64,000 bases of DNA from Scyliorhinus canicula. Lineage: Eukaryota. How positions within the stretch are numbered: the stretch's first letter is position 1; each line of letters begins with the position of its first letter. The stretch spans positions 47,516,553 to 47,580,552 of the forward strand of contig NC_052157.1 of NCBI RefSeq assembly GCF_902713615.1, read 5' to 3'. Positions 60,310 to 64,000 of the stretch are shown piece by piece. The translations under genes were made by a program, and so were the position numbers. The notes beneath the pieces are model-generated. The model was not told the origin of the DNA and searched no databases. It saw only the letters and a program-made list of their open reading frames with translations.

Positions 60310-62629
60310 CTAAAATCAAAAATGAACAATTCATTGTTAATTTCTGTCTTTCATGAATTTATTTACAGGCTGCACAATGGAATCTGTGGAATATTTCCTT
60401 ATCTGGCTTGTCCAAAAAAGTTTCTGTACAGAGAAATATTGAAAGCACACACTTACATAGAATTCCTACAGTGCAGTAAGGAGGCCATTCGGCCCACTGA
60501 ATCAGCAACAACCCTCTGAAAGAGCACCCAGCTAGGCTCACCCAATACCCATAACCGCATCTAACCTGCACACCTTTGGACAATAAGGGGCAATTTAGCA
60601 TGACCAATACACTTCGCCTGCACATCTTTGGACTGTGGATAGAAACCGGAGCACCCGGAGGAAACCCACGCAGATACGGGGAGATGGTGCAAACTCCACA
60701 CAGTCACCCAAGGCTGGATTTGAAACCGGGTCCCTGGCGCTGTGAGGCAGCAGTGCTAACCACTGTGCCATCGTGCTGCCCATATATATAAAGAAATGTC
60801 CATTGCATAACATGCTCACAAGTCAAGCAAGTGTTAACAATATAACGTTTAATGAGAAGCAACGTGCATATTGGATCAGATGAATAGTGTTTTCACCAAA
60901 GCAGTATAAAGGTGAGGCAGATCTGACCATTCATCATAAACTTTTCATTTCCCCATCATAGCATCCATCTGCCTCTTAAATACTTTCAGATTATCACACC
61001 CCAACCCAGAACCAGCAACAGGTATCAATCAATCCCAGATCTGCTTCTGCGGTACCAGCCATTCAGCCACTAAAACCTTTTCTCCAAAAGATGCATAAAG
61101 AACAATTAAAACCTGAAAAAAGGCAAATCATAGGCAGCAGAAAGCTTTTAAAACAGCAAAATCTGAGTTTGGATAAAGGACAAAGAAATAGAGGCAAGAT
61201 GGCCTATCGAGCCTGCTCAATATTGAGTACAATCATAGCTGATCTTATGTTTCTGTTCCACTTTCCCGTCCACTCCCGGTATCCCTTGATTCTCTGAGAG
61301 ACCAAAGATCTGTCTAACCCAGCCTTAAATATATTCAACGATGGAACATCCACCACCTCGAGGACAGAGAATACCAAAGATTCACAACCCTTTGAGTCGA
61401 GTGATTTCTCTTAATCTCAGTCCGAAAAGATCAGCTACTTATCCTAAGAAGGTGCCCCCCCCCCCCCCCCCCCCCCTCCAATATTCTAGATTCCCCAGCC
61501 CAGGAGAAACAACCTTTGAGAAATTACCTTACTGAGCTGAGCCCCTTTCGCATTACGAATGTTTCAATGAGATCATCATTTATTTAGGAGCTGGTTTAGC
61601 ACAGTTAGCTAGACAGCTGGCTTGTAATGCAGAACAAGGCCAGCAGCGTGGGTTCAATTCCCTTACTGGCCTCCCCGAAGATGCACCGGAATGTGGCAAC
61701 TAGGGGCTTTTCACAGTAACTTCATTAAAGCCTACTTGTGACAATAAGTGATTATTATTATTCACCTAACTCCCAGAGGTTCTTGATTAATAAGGGGATC
61801 AGGGGTTATGGGGAGAAGGCAGGAGAATGGGGATGAGAAAAATATCAGCCATGACTGAATGGCGGAGCAGACTCGATGGGCCAAGCGGCCTAATTCTGCT
61901 CCTATGCCTTATAAACCCAATTTACTCAGCCTCTCATCATCGGACTGACAATCTCCCCCCCGCCCACCCCCCCCCAATCCCTCATCCCAGAGGCCAATTA
62001 AGTGATTTTAACACATACCAAATATTGTATTAGTCTGGTAATGCTGGTAATACACTGGAATAATCCCATTAAACACCCGAGTGCTGCCTGGATGAGCGCG
62101 TAGAGGATTGCAGTCCCAGAGTGGTGTCTGCCTGATTTTCTGCACATTCTGTGTGAGGATTATTTATGGCCCAGGTGAATATATACATCCAGGGATGAAC
62201 GCTATCAGCCCCAAGGTGTTTATAACCCATAATGACTTCAGAACTGGCAAATAATGCATGCATCTGTAATTTAGCTAGACTAGGTTTTTAATGATATGCA
62301 ATTCACTAACTGAATTTGTGAGAATAATCATTTGTTTTATTGCCCATAAAATGCACAAAATAATCAGATCCTACTAATGCGTGGGACGGAATGTTCATCT
62401 GTTGACAGATGCTAGATTTTGTTGACTGATTTGAAACGTGCCAAAATTGCAGACACAAACACCGGGTTTGTGTGATTATAGTTTGAAATCTGTGTACTTC
62501 CTTTCTGCTGCATAATTCTAAACCTTACAGAAACAAAGGGTGTGACTTCCTTCATAGAAAATAGTTGTTCACGGCATTGAGAGCTTGTATTCCAGAATTA
62601 ATAACAATTCTCAGCACTGGGGCCTATGT

Positions 62630-64000
62630 ATTTTTCCATTCATTTAGGGGATGTCGGCATCACTGGCAAGGTCTACATTTTTTGCCCATGCCTAATTGCC
62701 CTTGAGAAGGTGGTGGCGAGATGTCTTCTTGAACCGCTGCAGTCCACGTGATGTAGGTACATCCACTGTGCTAGTAGGGAGGGATTTCCAGGATTTTGAC
62801 CCAGCGACAGAGCAGGAACGGTTGATATATTTCCAAGTTAGAGTAGCGTTCCCATGCACCTGCTGCCCTTGTTCTTCTAGACAGTGGAGGTCGTAGTTTG
62901 CAAGGTGGTTATAGGAAACTTGGTGATCTGCTGCAGTGCATCTTGTGGATGGTACACACGGCTGCCAACGTGCATCTGCAATGGAAGGGGTGAATGTTTA
63001 AGGTGGTGGATGAGGTGGACTGCTTTGTCCTGGATGGTTTTGAACTTCTTGAGTGTTATTGGAGCTGCTCTCATCCAGGCAAGTGGAGAATATTCCATCA
63101 CGTTCCTTACTTGTAGATGGTGGATAGGTTTTGGGGAGTCGGGAGGTGAATTACCTGCCGCAGATTTCCCAGCCCCTGCCCTGCTCTTGTAGTCACAGTA
63201 TTTATCTGGCTCGTCCTATTCACTTTCTGGTCAATGGTAACCCCCAAGATATCAATGGTGGAGGGTTCAGCGATTGAAATGACGTTGATTATGAGGGAGA
63301 GATGGCTGGATTCTCTCTTGTTGGAGACGGTCATCACCTGGCACTTGTTTGGTGGGATGTTACTGACCATTTGCCTGTCCAAGCCTGAATGTTGTCCAGG
63401 TCTTTCTGCATGCAGGCAAGGACTGCTTCATTTCTGAGAGGTTGTGATTGGAACTGAACTTTGCGCAACCAGTGAATTTCTCCATCTGAGAAAAGGGAAG
63501 GTCATTAATGAAGTAGCTGAAGATGGTTGAGCCTAGGACACTACCCTGAGGAACTCCTGCAGTGATGTCCTGGAACTGATTTGATTAGCTTCCATCAACC
63601 ACATCCATCTTCCTTTCAGCTCGGCATGGCTCCAATCAGTGGAGAGTTTTCCCACCCCAATTCCCAATTATGTCAATTTTGTCAGAGCTGTTGATGGTAC
63701 ACTGTCAAATGCTGCCTTGTCGCCTCGGGCAGTCACTCTCACCTCACCTCCTGAATTCTGCTCTGTTGTCCATTATTGGACTTTAGCTGCCATGAGGTCT
63801 AAATCTGTGTCAGGCCAGAGCAACCCAAACAGGATCAGTGAGCAGGTTGTTTCAGGTAAGTTCATCGCAGCGTCAATGACATCTTCCATTACTTTGTTGA
63901 TGATTGAGAATAGACTGATGTGCCTGTAATTGACTGGGTTGGATTTGTCCTGATTTTTGTTGACAGGACTTACATATGCAATTTTCCACATTATCAGATA
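62630..64000 (-). mobile_element. CR1-group LINE fragment (third family), runs off the window
   Basis: WKIAYVSPV...NYRHISL and MEYSPLAWM motifs. Confidence 0.78.

Noticed and set aside
62069-62263. Penultimate exon of the CEMIP2-like gene
   Set aside because: No frame resembles CEMIP2; the exon probably lies beyond the window.
1-64000. CRISPR arrays, rRNA or prokaryotic operons
   Set aside because: No repeat-spacer arrays or rRNA motifs; the window is intron-rich vertebrate DNA.

Overview
Vertebrate genomic DNA. The SINE/LINE repertoire suggests a cartilaginous fish, probably a catshark-type shark (inference). The minus strand carries the 5' part of CEMIP (KIAA1199/HYBID hyaluronan depolymerase): eight GT-AG coding exons from 49287 down to 924 splice into one stop-free 352-codon frame (signal peptide, G8 domain, GG domain, WxxW domain). 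The gene continues off the left edge. About 11 kb upstream on the same strand is the terminal coding exon of a CEMIP2/TMEM2-type gene (60113-60309), giving a tandem CEMIP2-like + CEMIP pair. The rest is mostly transposons: a decayed two-gene Harbinger/PIF element with several 3-bp-TSD MITEs, a truncated Gypsy element, solo LTRs, L1/Tx1, CR1, L2, RTE and Penelope fragments, a hAT element carrying a 1.9-kb minisatellite, and several tRNA-derived SINE families. The most notable observations are the tandem paralog arrangement with CEMIP's unlocated first exon, an inverted CR1 pair bracketing a frame-symmetric six-exon block, a DeuSINE tail serving as a splice polypyrimidine tract, and a SINE subfamily apparently mobilised by L1. 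Family names rest on motif recognition from memory, not database searches.
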